DNA of 64,000 bases, from the NCBI GenBank assembly GCA_958437495.1, contig CAUBOH010000007.1, positions 12,293 through 76,292 on the forward strand, given 5' to 3'. The translations under genes were made by a program, and so were the position numbers. Origin of the DNA: an uncultured Collinsella sp. GTDB lineage: Bacteria > Actinomycetota > Coriobacteriia > Coriobacteriales > Coriobacteriaceae. A model generated the notes under the pieces. The model saw only the letters and a program-made list of their open reading frames with translations, made no database searches and was not told where the DNA came from. Of the stretch, positions 54,475 to 64,000 are shown piece after piece; the first letter of the stretch is position 1; each line of letters starts with the position of its first letter.

Positions 54475-56589
54475 CTAGGCCTGGTCGGAGCCCGCAGTCT
54501 CCAAGCCGATCAAACGGAACGGGTCCGCCACGCCGCCGATCGACTTTTGCAGCTCGCGTTGGCGCTGCGAATCCTGCGCGGCCTGCACGGTCAGCGCGCG
54601 GCGGGCCTCATCATCGAGCGAACGGTCCTGGCGCAGTTTGGCCTGCGCGGCACGCATGCGGCGCTTGATGGTGTAAAGCTCGAGCGTGTCAAGCATAAAG
54701 ACGATGTTCGTCTCGGTGGGGTGCTTGCTCGTCGCCGAGATGCGTCCGGCACTGACAAGCGATGCCGCCTCGGGACATACCGCACGAGCCGCATCCATGC
54801 AGGCCGCAGGATCAGTACCCGGGGGCGTCGCCAGTACAGCCCATGCAATCGACTCGTGGCGCGGGTCGACCCACTCGATGGAGCAGATGCGATCGGCATA
54901 CGTGCGGAACAGGTCGGGGTAACTGGTGAGCATCGTCAGCAGCTCGCGCTCCCCAGCCAGCGACTTCCGCTCCAGATCGGTGAGCACGATCGGCATCGCC
55001 GGAGCTGCGGGGCCAGCCGGAGCATCGGCAACCGAAATCGCACCATCCATCCCTGCCGGCACATCAATCGGAGGCAGGTCATCGTCAACCTCTACCGGTG
55101 CGGCGCCATAGGCGTCGAGCGGAACGTAGTCGTACGGCTCTTCCTCGACCGGCGCAGAGACCGGCGGCGTCGCGCCCGACGCCCAAGCGCCGCGAGGCAC
55201 CCCCTGCGAACCAGACGCCCGACCGCCTGCGTTTCCGGAGCGCTCGGCCTGCGCCCTCTGGCGCTCATAGTTCTGCTCACGGCGGCGCTCCGCATCCTCG
55301 CGCTTAGCGACATCGCGAAACACGCGGCCCGAGCTCGCGCGCACGGTCTCAAGGTCCAAACCCAACAGGTCGGCAATCTGGATAAAGTACGTGTCGATCA
55401 TGTAGCTGTCGCGCAGCGGGTAGATAAGCGTCAGAGCATCTTCCAGCGCCTTGGCGCGACCGCCCGGCGTGGTAATATCGCTCGACTCCTGCAGCGAACG
55501 GTACACGAAGTCCATGAGCGGCTCGGCGGCGTCAATGCGTTTCTGCAGTTCCTCTCCGCCGTGCGCCGTGATGAACTCCATGGGATCGTTGCCGTCGGGC
55601 AATACCACGCAGCGAAGGTCCATCGAATCCTGCTCGATAAACTGAATCGCGCGTCGGGCAGCCTTCTGGCCCGCGGCATCACCGTCAAACATATAGACGA
55701 TGCGCTTGGCAAAACGGGTGAGCGTCTTTACATGATGTTCCGTCAGCGCCGTGCCCAGCGTGGCGACGACGTTTTTGATCCCCGCCTCCCAGCAGGCGAT
55801 GCAGTCGGTATAGCCCTCAACCACGATGGCGGTATCTTGCGCAACGATAAACTCCTTAGCCCAGTTAAAGCCATAGAGGTTTCGCTTTTTATGGAACACA
55901 CTCGTCTCGGCGGTGTTGAGGTACTTAGGCTGACCGTCACCCATGATGCGTCCGCCAAAGGCGATGTTATGCCCCTGCTCATCAAAGATAGGAAACATCA
56001 CGCGGTCGTAAAAGCGGTCGGCAAGCTGCCCGCGCCCGCGGCTGACAGCCACGTTGGCGTCGATCATCTCCTGCGGGGTAAAGCCCGCCTGCGACAGATG
56101 AGCCACCAGCATGTTGCGACCCGGCGCAAAGCCCAGACAGTAGCGGCGACAGACATCGCCGCTCATACCGCGGCTGGCAAAGTACTCGCGCGGACGGCTG
56201 TCCTTACCGCGCATGAGCATGGTGTGGTAGAACTGAGCCGTCTCGGCGCATAGGTCGTAGATGCGGGCACGCTTGGTGCCACGCTCGCGACGGGCACCGG
56301 TATCGTGCAGCTCAATGCCGGCACGATCGGCAAGGTAGCGTATCGACTCGGGAAAGCTCAGGTTTTCGCGCTTCATAATATAGGTGAAGACGTCGCCGCC
56401 CTCACCGCAGCCAAAGCAATGCCACACCTGCGTGGCAGGGATAATATGAAAGGACGGCGTCTTTTCGCCATGGAAGGGGCAGCAGCCCCAAAACTCGTGG
56501 CCTCGGGGCTTGAGCTCAACCGTTTCCTGCACGATGGCAACCAGGTCGGACGCAGCGCGTACCTGGTCTTTCTCCTCATCGCTAATCAC
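54475..56589 (-). CDS. dnaG: DNA primase
   Basis: Zn finger (CCPFHGEKTPSFH...WHCFGCG), TOPRIM (VVEGYTDCIA) and a long C-terminal region. GTG start. 8-nt overlap with the ribF stop. Confidence 0.95.
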   Translation of the reverse strand: MISDEEKDQVRAASDLVAIVQETVELKPRGHEFWGCCPFHGEKTPSFHIIPATQVWHCFGCGEGGDVFTYIMKRENLSFPESIRYLADRAGIELHDTGARRERGTKRARIYDLCAETAQFYHTMLMRGKDSRPREYFASRGMSGDVCRRYCLGFAPGRNMLVAHLSQAGFTPQEMIDANVAVSRGRGQLADRFYDRVMFPIFDEQGHNIAFGGRIMGDGQPKYLNTAETSVFHKKRNLYGFNWAKEFIVAQDTAIVVEGYTDCIACWEAGIKNVVATLGTALTEHHVKTLTRFAKRIVYMFDGDAAGQKAARRAIQFIEQDSMDLRCVVLPDGNDPMEFITAHGGEELQKRIDAAEPLMDFVYRSLQESSDITTPGGRAKALEDALTLIYPLRDSYMIDTYFIQIADLLGLDLETVRASSGRVFRDVAKREDAERRREQNYERQRAQAERSGNAGGRASGSQGVPRGAWASGATPPVSAPVEEEPYDYVPLDAYGAAPVEVDDDLPPIDVPAGMDGAISVADAPAGPAAPAMPIVLTDLERKSLAGERELLTMLTSYPDLFRTYADRICSIEWVDPRHESIAWAVLATPPGTDPAACMDAARAVCPEAASLVSAGRISATSKHPTETNIVFMLDTLELYTIKRRMRAAQAKLRQDRSLDDEARRALTVQAAQDSQRQRELQKSIGGVADPFRLIGLETAGSDQA

Positions 56590-57589
56590 GGATGCTCACC
56601 CCCTGCTCACCCAAGTTGTGGCGAATATCGTCAATATTGCCCTCGACGGTCGCGATCAACTCGTCCAGCGAATCGAACACGCGCGACGGGCGCAGCCAGC
56701 GCGTAAACGCCAGCGAGACGGACGCACCGTACAAGTCGCCCGTATACCCAATTAGATTAGCCTCCAGATGCGCCGAGGCGGCATCGTCGGCATACGTCGG
56801 CGGCAGGCCCACGTTAACGGCAGCGGGCCACACGGTATCGTCGACCAGCACAAGGCCCTCGTAAACGCCATCGGCAGGCACCTGAATGCCATCGGGCACC
56901 TGAATGTTTGCCGTGGGAAAGCCCATGTCAGAGCCCTGATGACGGCCGCCGGTAACCACGCCACGCAGCATATAGGGACGTCCGAGCAACTCGGCGGCAA
57001 GCTCGACATGACCCTGACGCAGCTCCTGGCGAATACGGGTGGCGCAGATCGTCTGCCCATCGACGCACAGCAGCTCGTGGCCATAGACGTCAACACCGCG
57101 CTCGGCACCCCATTCCTGCATCTCGGCAACGCCCGAAACGCCACCGCGACCCAGCCTAAAGTCGCTGCCCACGCGAATCGAGCGAATGTCGACAACGCGC
57201 GACAGCAGTGAGAGAAAACCGACATGATCGAGTGCCGCCACCGCGGGCGTAAAAGGAACGGCGACAACCGCATCGACCCCGGTGAGAGCCAGGGCATGCA
57301 GGCGGTCGGCCGTCGTCATCAGTTTTTGAGCGGGCGAAGGACTCACCACGACGTCCGGATCGGGATCGAAGGTGACCACAACTGCAAGGCAGTTATGGGC
57401 ACGGGCGTCGCGCACCACGGCGTCAATAAGTTCGCGGTGTCCCCGATGTACGCCATCGAACACGCCGATGGCAATCGAGGCAGCACCTAAACGCCCACAC
57501 CCATCAAACGCGGCGGCGGGAACGATGCGCGCCTCGCCCGACTCGCCTGAAAAAAAGATACGCGCGAGCTCGTGGGGGGCCAACATCAT
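56582..57589 (-). CDS. ribF: Bifunctional riboflavin kinase / FMN adenylyltransferase
   Basis: IGVFDGVHRGH (FAD synthetase) and GFPTANI...GVY (riboflavin kinase) motifs. ATG overlaps the truB stop. Confidence 0.9.
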   Translation of the reverse strand: MMLAPHELARIFFSGESGEARIVPAAAFDGCGRLGAASIAIGVFDGVHRGHRELIDAVVRDARAHNCLAVVVTFDPDPDVVVSPSPAQKLMTTADRLHALALTGVDAVVAVPFTPAVAALDHVGFLSLLSRVVDIRSIRVGSDFRLGRGGVSGVAEMQEWGAERGVDVYGHELLCVDGQTICATRIRQELRQGHVELAAELLGRPYMLRGVVTGGRHQGSDMGFPTANIQVPDGIQVPADGVYEGLVLVDDTVWPAAVNVGLPPTYADDAASAHLEANLIGYTGDLYGASVSLAFTRWLRPSRVFDSLDELIATVEGNIDDIRHNLGEQGVSIRD

Positions 57590-58518
57590 CGAACACCGCC
57601 GATTGCCTGCGGAAACACGTGCTCCATCACAAAGCGACCATCCTCAATGTGGGCAAGCGCCTTCAGCCCACCATCGAGCACCAGCGCAAACGGCGCCTTC
57701 GAAGCATCGAAGTCGACAAGCGCGCGGTCAACGGGAATGCGCCTGCCGCAGAGCAGGTCGTCGGCAAGGTTGCCCGGCAAGTCGACACGCGTGGCGCCCA
57801 GGGCCGCGATGGGGTCCAAAGCAAAGCCAGTCGCAGACTCGGGAGAAAGTTCCTCCACCGCATGACAGACGCCAATGGAAACCACGCCGGATGCCGTCCG
57901 GCGTAGCGCGGAAATGTGCGCGGCGCTATCGCACGCACGACCCAAATCACGAGCAAGCGCGCGGATATAGGTGCCTTTGCTCACCGAAAATGCCACGGTC
58001 CAAACACAAGCATCGCCCTCGCCGCTCATGGCGATCAACTCGGCGGCATACACCTCGATGGGACGTGGGGGCAGGTCAACGGCATTGCCCTCACGAGCAG
58101 ACTTGTACGCGCGAACGCCGTTGACCGAGATGGCCGAGAACGCCGGCGGGACCTGCATCTGCGGCCCCAGCATGGCAGCCAGCTGTTCACGGGCGTAGGC
58201 CATGTCGTGCAACTCGGGTGCAACGGAAACGGTGCGAGCGGCCTCGCCCTCCGCATCGTCGGTATTAGTCTCGACGCCAAACGAAATGTCGGCGACGTAG
58301 CTTTTCGTGTCGAGGGTGAGCATGCCCAGCAGACGAGTGGCCTGGCCCACACCCACCACCATGACGCCGGATGCCATGGGGTCGAGCGTGCCGGCATGAC
58401 CGACACGCCGTTCGTGGAGCGCGCGACGGCATTGTGAAACCACGTCGTGGGACGTGCAACCCACCGGTTTATCGACAGCGAGCAGCATATTCAATTGAGA
58501 AGGCGTACGACGAGCCAT
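57586..58518 (-). CDS. truB: tRNA pseudouridine(55) synthase
   Basis: LAVDKPVGCTSHDVV...GHAGTLDPMASGV is the catalytic Asp motif. Confidence 0.95.
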   Translation of the reverse strand: MARRTPSQLNMLLAVDKPVGCTSHDVVSQCRRALHERRVGHAGTLDPMASGVMVVGVGQATRLLGMLTLDTKSYVADISFGVETNTDDAEGEAARTVSVAPELHDMAYAREQLAAMLGPQMQVPPAFSAISVNGVRAYKSAREGNAVDLPPRPIEVYAAELIAMSGEGDACVWTVAFSVSKGTYIRALARDLGRACDSAAHISALRRTASGVVSIGVCHAVEELSPESATGFALDPIAALGATRVDLPGNLADDLLCGRRIPVDRALVDFDASKAPFALVLDGGLKALAHIEDGRFVMEHVFPQAIGGVR

Positions 58519-58533
58519 GTACCATCCAAAAAG

Positions 58534-59577
58534 TTAGAGCTCGACGGTAACCGAAGCGGGATCCTCCCCCACCAGCTCGGCCAGCATGGGAAGTGCCACG
58601 GCGAGCGTCTCGCGAATCGTTCCGTTGTTGGTAAAGCCGGCGGCGGCATGATGCCCGCCACCGCCAAAGTTGGCAGCAATCTCGGACACATCGAGGTCAC
58701 CCTTGGAGCGCAGGTTACCGCGCACCTTGGTATCGCCGTCGATGCCCTTTAAGAACAGGCAGACCTCGACGCCCATCACCGCACGCACCACATCGACCAG
58801 ACCGTCACATTCATCCGAGGTGACACCGCAGGCCTCAAGGTCGCTCTGGTAGGCATAGCTATACGCCACGCGCCCGTGCGCGACCGTCTTAATACGGCCC
58901 ATGACAATGGACTTGAGGTGCAAAAACTCGACGCGCATGCTCTGATAGACCTCGAGCGCGACACGAGCCGGATCGGCACCATGTGCTACCAGGCGCGAAG
59001 CGGCGTGGAACGCGGCAGCATCGGCGTTCTGGTACTGGAAACGACCGGTATCGGTCACCAAGCCGCACAGCAAGCAAGTCGCAACGCCATCACGGGCGAC
59101 AATGCCGCAATTATCCAAGAAACGGTCGATGATCATGGCGCAGGCCGCGGCATCGACACGCCTCAGGCTCAGCTCGGTAAACTCCTCGCGCGCCGGATGG
59201 TGATCGAAGCACACCACATGCTTTGAGCGGCGAAGCACCTCGGCCGAGTTGTTGAGGCGCTCGACGACCGGCACATCCACCGAGATAAACAGGTCCGGAT
59301 TGCCGGTGTACGCAGATGCGGGCACCAGAGAATCGGCGCCCTCCATAAAGCGGTAGATGCGCGGCACCGGATCATCGTCTGCCAGCAGCAGCGCAATGTC
59401 CTTGTTGGGGAAAAACTTCATAAGCGATAGGCCCAGACCCAGCACGGAGCCCAGAGCGTCACCATCGGGAGACGTATGTCCCGAAATCGCAATGGAGGAC
59501 GCACCCTCGATGAGGTCGAGGATGCGTCGCGTAATATCTGCAGACTCGCCAGCGGCGAGATCAGCGGAATTAGTCAT
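58534..59577 (-). CDS. nrnA: DHH/DHHA1 phosphoesterase (NrnA-like oligoribonuclease / pAp phosphatase)
   Basis: ISGHTSPDGDALGS, FDHH and GGGGHHAAAG motifs. Confidence 0.85.
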   Translation of the reverse strand: MTNSADLAAGESADITRRILDLIEGASSIAISGHTSPDGDALGSVLGLGLSLMKFFPNKDIALLLADDDPVPRIYRFMEGADSLVPASAYTGNPDLFISVDVPVVERLNNSAEVLRRSKHVVCFDHHPAREEFTELSLRRVDAAACAMIIDRFLDNCGIVARDGVATCLLCGLVTDTGRFQYQNADAAAFHAASRLVAHGADPARVALEVYQSMRVEFLHLKSIVMGRIKTVAHGRVAYSYAYQSDLEACGVTSDECDGLVDVVRAVMGVEVCLFLKGIDGDTKVRGNLRSKGDLDVSEIAANFGGGGHHAAAGFTNNGTIRETLAVALPMLAELVGEDPASVTVEL

Positions 59578-59980
59578 CTAAAGCTGCCTCCTGGGCGACA
59601 TCCGCTATGGGATAGCCGTCCTCGTCCTTTTCGATCGCCAGCGTGGCCGGAACGTTTTCCAGCGCACGCGTGATGCGCTCGGCCTCATCGGTCAAGCGAT
59701 CGATGCGAAAATCGAGCTCGGGCGTGACACGCCAATCGAGCGAGCGAGCCAACAGGCTGCGAATACGGCCCTTGGCGCTGGCGAGCGCCTCCATGACCTC
59801 GTCGTAGCGGCTCGCATCGCACGACACGTACACGCGCGCGAACGAACGGTCCACCGCGACCTCGACCGCAGTCAGGGTGACCAGGTCGAGGCGCGGATCG
59901 GAAACCTCAAAGAGCAGGATATAACCGAGCTTCTCGCGAAGCTGCTCGCCCAGTCGGCGGGTTGCCTGCGTTTGCTTCAT
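59570..59980 (-). CDS. rbfA: Ribosome-binding factor A
   Basis: 136 aa: LGEQLREKLGYILLFEVSDPRLDLVTLTAVEVAVDRSFARVYV. Confidence 0.9.
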   Translation of the reverse strand: MKQTQATRRLGEQLREKLGYILLFEVSDPRLDLVTLTAVEVAVDRSFARVYVSCDASRYDEVMEALASAKGRIRSLLARSLDWRVTPELDFRIDRLTDEAERITRALENVPATLAIEKDEDGYPIADVAQEAALDD

Positions 59981-59991
59981 AGCGCTACCCC

Positions 59992-62703
59992 CTACTCGGT
60001 ACGGGCAACCTGGTCGATGCGGTAACCCTCGATCTGGTCACCGGGCTTGATGTCCTGGAAATTCTCCAGGCCAATGCCGCCCTCGGAACCGCTCTTGAGG
60101 CTCTTGGCCTCATCCTTGTAGTGGCGCATCGAGGCGATCTTGCCGTTAAAGACCACGATGCCGTCGCGCACCAGGCGCACGGAATCGGTCGCGGCGATCT
60201 CGCCCTCTTCGACGCGGACACCGGCGGCGATGCCGACTTTGGGCACCTTGAAGGTGTCCAGGACGGTCGCGGTACCCGTGGAGACCTCGACCTCGGTGGG
60301 CTTGAGCATGCCGATACGGGCAGCGTCGAGCTCCTCGAGGCACTTGTAGATGACGTCGTAGCAACGGATCTCGACGCCCTCACGCTCGGCAGCGGAGCGG
60401 GCCTTGCCGTCGGGACGTACACCAAAGCCGATGATGATGGCATTGGAGGCGTCTGCCAGGACGACGTCGGTCTCGTTGATGGCACCGACCGCGGAGTGAA
60501 TCGTGTTGATGCGCACCTCGGACTGATCCATCTTGTCGAGCGAGTCCTGAAGGGCCTCGATAGAACCCTGGACGTCGGCCTTGATGATCAGGTTGAGCTC
60601 CTTGACCTCGGCGTCGGCGATGGTCTCGAAGAGGTTCTCGAGCGTGACGTGCTTCACGCGGCTCTGCTCCTCGATACGGGCCTTGAGCGAACGCTCATCG
60701 GCCAGGGCGCGAGCCTCGCGCTCGTCCTCGAACACGCGGAACTCGTCGCCGGCGTTGGGCACGGACTGCAGGCCCAGGATCTCGACGGCGTCGGAGGGAC
60801 CGGCCTCGGTGACGGCGTTGCCCTTGGGGTCGAGCATGGCGCGGACGCGGCCGTAGGTAAGGCCGGCAACCAGCGTATCGCCCACATGCAGGGTACCGCG
60901 GGTCACGAGCACCGTGGCAACCGAACCGCGGCCCTTGTCGAGCTTAGCCTCGAGGACGTTACCGGAGGCAAAGGTGTCGGGATTGGCCTTGAGCTCGAGC
61001 ACGTCGGCCTGGAGCAGCACGGTCTCGAGCAGGTCGTCGATACCGATCTTCTGCTTGGCCGAAATGTTGACGAACATGTTCTGTCCGCCCCACTCCTCGG
61101 GGATGATGCCGTACTCGGTGAGCTCCTGGCGCACGCGGTCGGGGTTGGCGCCCGGCTTATCGATCTTGTTGACGGCGACGACGATGGGTACGCCGGCGGC
61201 CTTGGCGTGGTTGATCGACTCGATGGTCTGAGGCATGACGCCGTCGTCGGCAGCCACGATCAGAATGACGATGTCGGTCACCTTGGCGCCGCGGGCACGC
61301 ATGGCCGTAAAGGTCGCGTGACCGGGGGTATCGATAAAGGTGATCTTGCGGTCGTTGATCATGACCTGCGAAGCACCGATGGCCTGCGTAATGCCGCCCG
61401 CCTCGCCGGCAGCGACGCCGGTGTGACGGATGGCGTCGAGCAGCGACGTCTTGCCGTGGTCGACGTGGCCCATGACGGTGACGACCGGGGCGCGCGGCTT
61501 AAGGTCGGCGGGATCATCATAGAACGAGAAGGTGTTCTCCTCCTCGGGGGTGATGATCTTAATCTGGCGGCCCAGGTCGTCGGCAACGAGCTCGACGAGG
61601 TCGTCGGACATGGACTGCGTCATGGTGAGCGGCGTGCCCAGCAGGAACAGGCGCTTGATGATGTCGTTGGCCGGAACGTCGAGCGCCTCGGCGAGCTCCT
61701 GGACCGTAACGCCCTGGGAGACCTTGATGGCATCGAGCTCCTCGGGGTTCACGCCCTGGGCCAATGCCTCCTCTATCTTGCGCTCCTCCTGAGCCTTTGC
61801 AGCCTCGCGCTCACGCTTCTCCTTGCGCTTCTTGCGGCGACCGGTGGACTCGCGAGAGGCCTCCTCGACGGCGGCACGGGCCTCCTCGAGAACCTTCTCG
61901 CGGCTGTACTCCTCGGCCTCGCGAGCCATGCGGCTGTAGTGGTCCTCTTCGTTGCTGTGGCCACCCTTGCGCTTTTTGCCCTTGCCCTGCTTGTCAGGGT
62001 TGGGGAAATCCATGCCGGCAGCGACATTGTTGCTGGCGTTGGTGCGATGGCTATGCGGACGGCTCTCGGAGGCGTTGCGCTCGGAATTGTTATCGGAGGC
62101 GTTGCGGTCATTACGACGACCACCGCGGCGGTCGTTATTGCCGCGACGGTTACCGCGCTCGGCGGCGCGCTCGGCCTTGGCCTTGTTCTCGGCGTCCTTC
62201 TTCTCCTTGAGCACGGTCTCCTGCGCGGCGATCTGGTCGAGCAGCGAACGGAAACGCGAACCGGAGTCAGAGGCGGGGACGGCGCGACGCTGGGCCTCGC
62301 GGGCAGCCTCTTCCTTTTCGCGGGCAAGGCGCTCCTGCTCGACCTTCTTCTTGGCCTCGGCCTCGGCGCGGGCGGCCTCCTCGGCAGCCTGGGCCGCGGC
62401 GAACTGGCGGCGCTCCTCCTCGCGTGCCTTCTCGGCAGCGATGCGCTCGCGCTCGGCCTCGGCGGCACGCGCGGCCTCCTCGGCGGCAGCGGCCTGCTCC
62501 TCGGCCTGCTTGGCGGCCTCGACTTCCTGGGCGCGGGCCTCGATCACCGGGGCGAGCTGCTTGCGAACCATGGCGACGTAGGCGTCCTCCAGGGCGGAGG
62601 AGGCGGACTTAGCGGGAATCTTCATATCGGCGAGATGACCCATCAGTTCCTTGGAGGTCATGCCGAACTCTTTGGCCAGGGTGGACACACGGACTTTTGC
62701 CAT
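59992..62703 (-). CDS. infB: Translation initiation factor IF-2
   Basis: 903 aa: charged A/E/R/K-rich N-terminal region, then the G domain (VMGHVDHGKTSLLD, DTPGH, NKID). Confidence 0.95.
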   Translation of the reverse strand: MAKVRVSTLAKEFGMTSKELMGHLADMKIPAKSASSALEDAYVAMVRKQLAPVIEARAQEVEAAKQAEEQAAAAEEAARAAEAERERIAAEKAREEERRQFAAAQAAEEAARAEAEAKKKVEQERLAREKEEAAREAQRRAVPASDSGSRFRSLLDQIAAQETVLKEKKDAENKAKAERAAERGNRRGNNDRRGGRRNDRNASDNNSERNASESRPHSHRTNASNNVAAGMDFPNPDKQGKGKKRKGGHSNEEDHYSRMAREAEEYSREKVLEEARAAVEEASRESTGRRKKRKEKREREAAKAQEERKIEEALAQGVNPEELDAIKVSQGVTVQELAEALDVPANDIIKRLFLLGTPLTMTQSMSDDLVELVADDLGRQIKIITPEEENTFSFYDDPADLKPRAPVVTVMGHVDHGKTSLLDAIRHTGVAAGEAGGITQAIGASQVMINDRKITFIDTPGHATFTAMRARGAKVTDIVILIVAADDGVMPQTIESINHAKAAGVPIVVAVNKIDKPGANPDRVRQELTEYGIIPEEWGGQNMFVNISAKQKIGIDDLLETVLLQADVLELKANPDTFASGNVLEAKLDKGRGSVATVLVTRGTLHVGDTLVAGLTYGRVRAMLDPKGNAVTEAGPSDAVEILGLQSVPNAGDEFRVFEDEREARALADERSLKARIEEQSRVKHVTLENLFETIADAEVKELNLIIKADVQGSIEALQDSLDKMDQSEVRINTIHSAVGAINETDVVLADASNAIIIGFGVRPDGKARSAAEREGVEIRCYDVIYKCLEELDAARIGMLKPTEVEVSTGTATVLDTFKVPKVGIAAGVRVEEGEIAATDSVRLVRDGIVVFNGKIASMRHYKDEAKSLKSGSEGGIGLENFQDIKPGDQIEGYRIDQVARTE

Positions 62704-62793
62704 ATGACTTCACCTACCCTTTCTGGCACCTTGGTGCCTAGAGACTGAACGAGCGTGGGAGATGCGCCGAAACCTGTCCGGCGCGACCGCGCG

Positions 62794-64000
62794 CTAGATC
62801 AGGTCCTCCGCATCATCGAAGGCGTCGGTGTCGTGGACACCGCAGAAACGGGAACCGGGACGGGCCTGGTTGCGGCACTGGATGCCGTCCTCGGACACGT
62901 ACTCGCAGCGACGGACGTCGTCGTCCTCCTCGTCACCGATCAGGTCGGCGGCGGGCTCCTCGTGAACGGGGACGTTCTTGAGGATGTCGGCGGCAAGGGT
63001 CTCGGACTTGATGTCGATGTGCCAGCCGGTCAGGCGAGCGGCGAGGCGGGCGTTCTGGCCCTCCTTGCCAATGGCGAGGGACAGCTGGTCGTCGGGCACG
63101 ATGACGCCGGCGTAGGCCTTCTCCTCGTCGATGAGGACGCGGGTGACCTTGGCGGGCGACAGGGCGTTGGCAACGTAGACGGCCGGATCGGCATCCCACA
63201 GGATGACGTCGACACGCTCACCACGGAGCTCACCAACGACGGCGCGGACACGGCTGCCCTTGGGGCCGACGCAGGCGCCCACGGGATCCAGACGATCATC
63301 GAGCGAATGGACGGCGACCTTGGAGCGCTGGCCGGGCTCGCGGGCGATCGACTTGATCTGGACGGTGCCCTCATAGATCTCGGGCACCTCCTGCTCAAAC
63401 AGACGACGCATGAGCTCGGGGTGGGTACGGGAGATGACGATCGGCGGACGGCTGTGCTCGCCGCGGACCGGCTGCAGGTTGGAGTTGGGGTCGCGAACGT
63501 CGATAATCACGGCCTTGATGTGCTGGTTGTGCAGATAGCGCTCGCCCATCGGACGCTCGTTGCGCTCGTTCTCGTAACGGCGCTGGTCAAAGTGCGGCAG
63601 CTCGGCCTCGACGCCATCGCGGATCTTGACGATCGTGAAGTCGGGCGTGGACTGCAGCACGGTACCGCTGATGAGGTCACCGATGCGGCCGGAGAACTCC
63701 TCGTAGATCTGCTCGCGGGCGGAGTTGCGAACGATGGCGTTGATCTCGGCCTTGGCGTGCTGGGCGGCGATGCGGCTTGTGTTCTTGGGGGTGACGTCGA
63801 TCTCCTCGAACTCGGTGAAGTTGCCCTCCTCGTCCATGGAATCGTCGATCGGCTCCAGGCGGTAGACGTAAATCTTGCCGGTGGTGCGGTCGATGGTCAC
63901 CTTAGCGCCCCAGTCAAGATGCAAAATCTCGGCATAGCTCTTGGCGAGCGACTGCTCCAGACGGTCGATCAGGTAGAGCTGGTCGATGTGCCTCTCCTGG
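62794..64000 (-). CDS. nusA: Transcription termination/antitermination factor NusA, 3' part (start beyond right window edge)
   Basis: The frame stays open to position 64000 (...[34 protein letters not shown]...). The ORF-track M at 63924 is an internal TTG (Leu). S1 and KH domains are present ([22 protein letters not shown]). The C-terminal tail is Cys/His-containing. Confidence 0.9.
   Translation of the reverse strand, partial: QERHIDQLYLIDRLEQSLAKSYAEILHLDWGAKVTIDRTTGKIYVYRLEPIDDSMDEEGNFTEFEEIDVTPKNTSRIAAQHAKAEINAIVRNSAREQIYEEFSGRIGDLISGTVLQSTPDFTIVKIRDGVEAELPHFDQRRYENERNERPMGERYLHNQHIKAVIIDVRDPNSNLQPVRGEHSRPPIVISRTHPELMRRLFEQEVPEIYEGTVQIKSIAREPGQRSKVAVHSLDDRLDPVGACVGPKGSRVRAVVGELRGERVDVILWDADPAVYVANALSPAKVTRVLIDEEKAYAGVIVPDDQLSLAIGKEGQNARLAARLTGWHIDIKSETLAADILKNVPVHEEPAADLIGDEEDDDVRRCEYVSEDGIQCRNQARPGSRFCGVHDTDAFDDAEDLI

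Noticed and set aside
60121-62748. 875-aa plus-strand ORF
   Set aside because: Antisense shadow of infB with G/L/D/A-rich repeats mirroring the IF-2 charged region.

Overview
High-GC (about 60%) actinobacterial chromosome segment. The gene order suggests Coriobacteriia, mixing an actinobacterial block (alaS-ruvX-mltG-aroK-aroB-pepQ-efp-nusB) with Firmicutes-like blocks (plsX-acpP-rnc-smc-ftsY-ffh, Asp23-DAK2-recG, nusA-infB-rbfA-nrnA-truB-ribF-dnaG-rpoD). I call about 60 protein genes, nearly all on the minus strand. I also call two identical tandem tRNA-Asn(GTT) genes, one T-box riboswitch ahead of ileS, and about a dozen intrinsic terminators. rpmF (59 aa) and the edge-truncated recN and nusA are missing or truncated in the ORF track and were recovered by hand. 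Many ORF-track N-termini are over-extended or start on TTG/GTG and were re-set using Shine-Dalgarno spacing and stop/start overlaps. Most long plus-strand ORFs are antisense shadows of real genes. The window is mostly housekeeping: no CRISPR, rRNA, intact mobile element or recognisable defence or toxin system. Accessory DNA is limited to two low-GC patches. One is a 4-TM ORF wedged between a gene and its terminator at about 13.2-13.75 kb. The other is a decayed integrative-element scar at about 27.85-29.45 kb, holding a peptidase S51 gene, an IS3 transposase fragment, a possible serine-recombinase fragment and a structured palindromic element. The most unusual items are as follows. (1) A translationally coupled DUF948 / kinase-dead RsbW-like / SigB-F-type sigma / AI-2E permease module with no STAS partner. 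(2) An in-frame DUF134-NifX-like fusion with a His/Cys-rich tail, preceded by two operator-like palindromes. (3) A DHQS-like protein that appears to have lost its NAD and metal-binding motifs inside an eroded shikimate cluster. (4) A near-identical 39-nt terminator hairpin present twice. All homology calls come from reading motifs by eye, with no database search.
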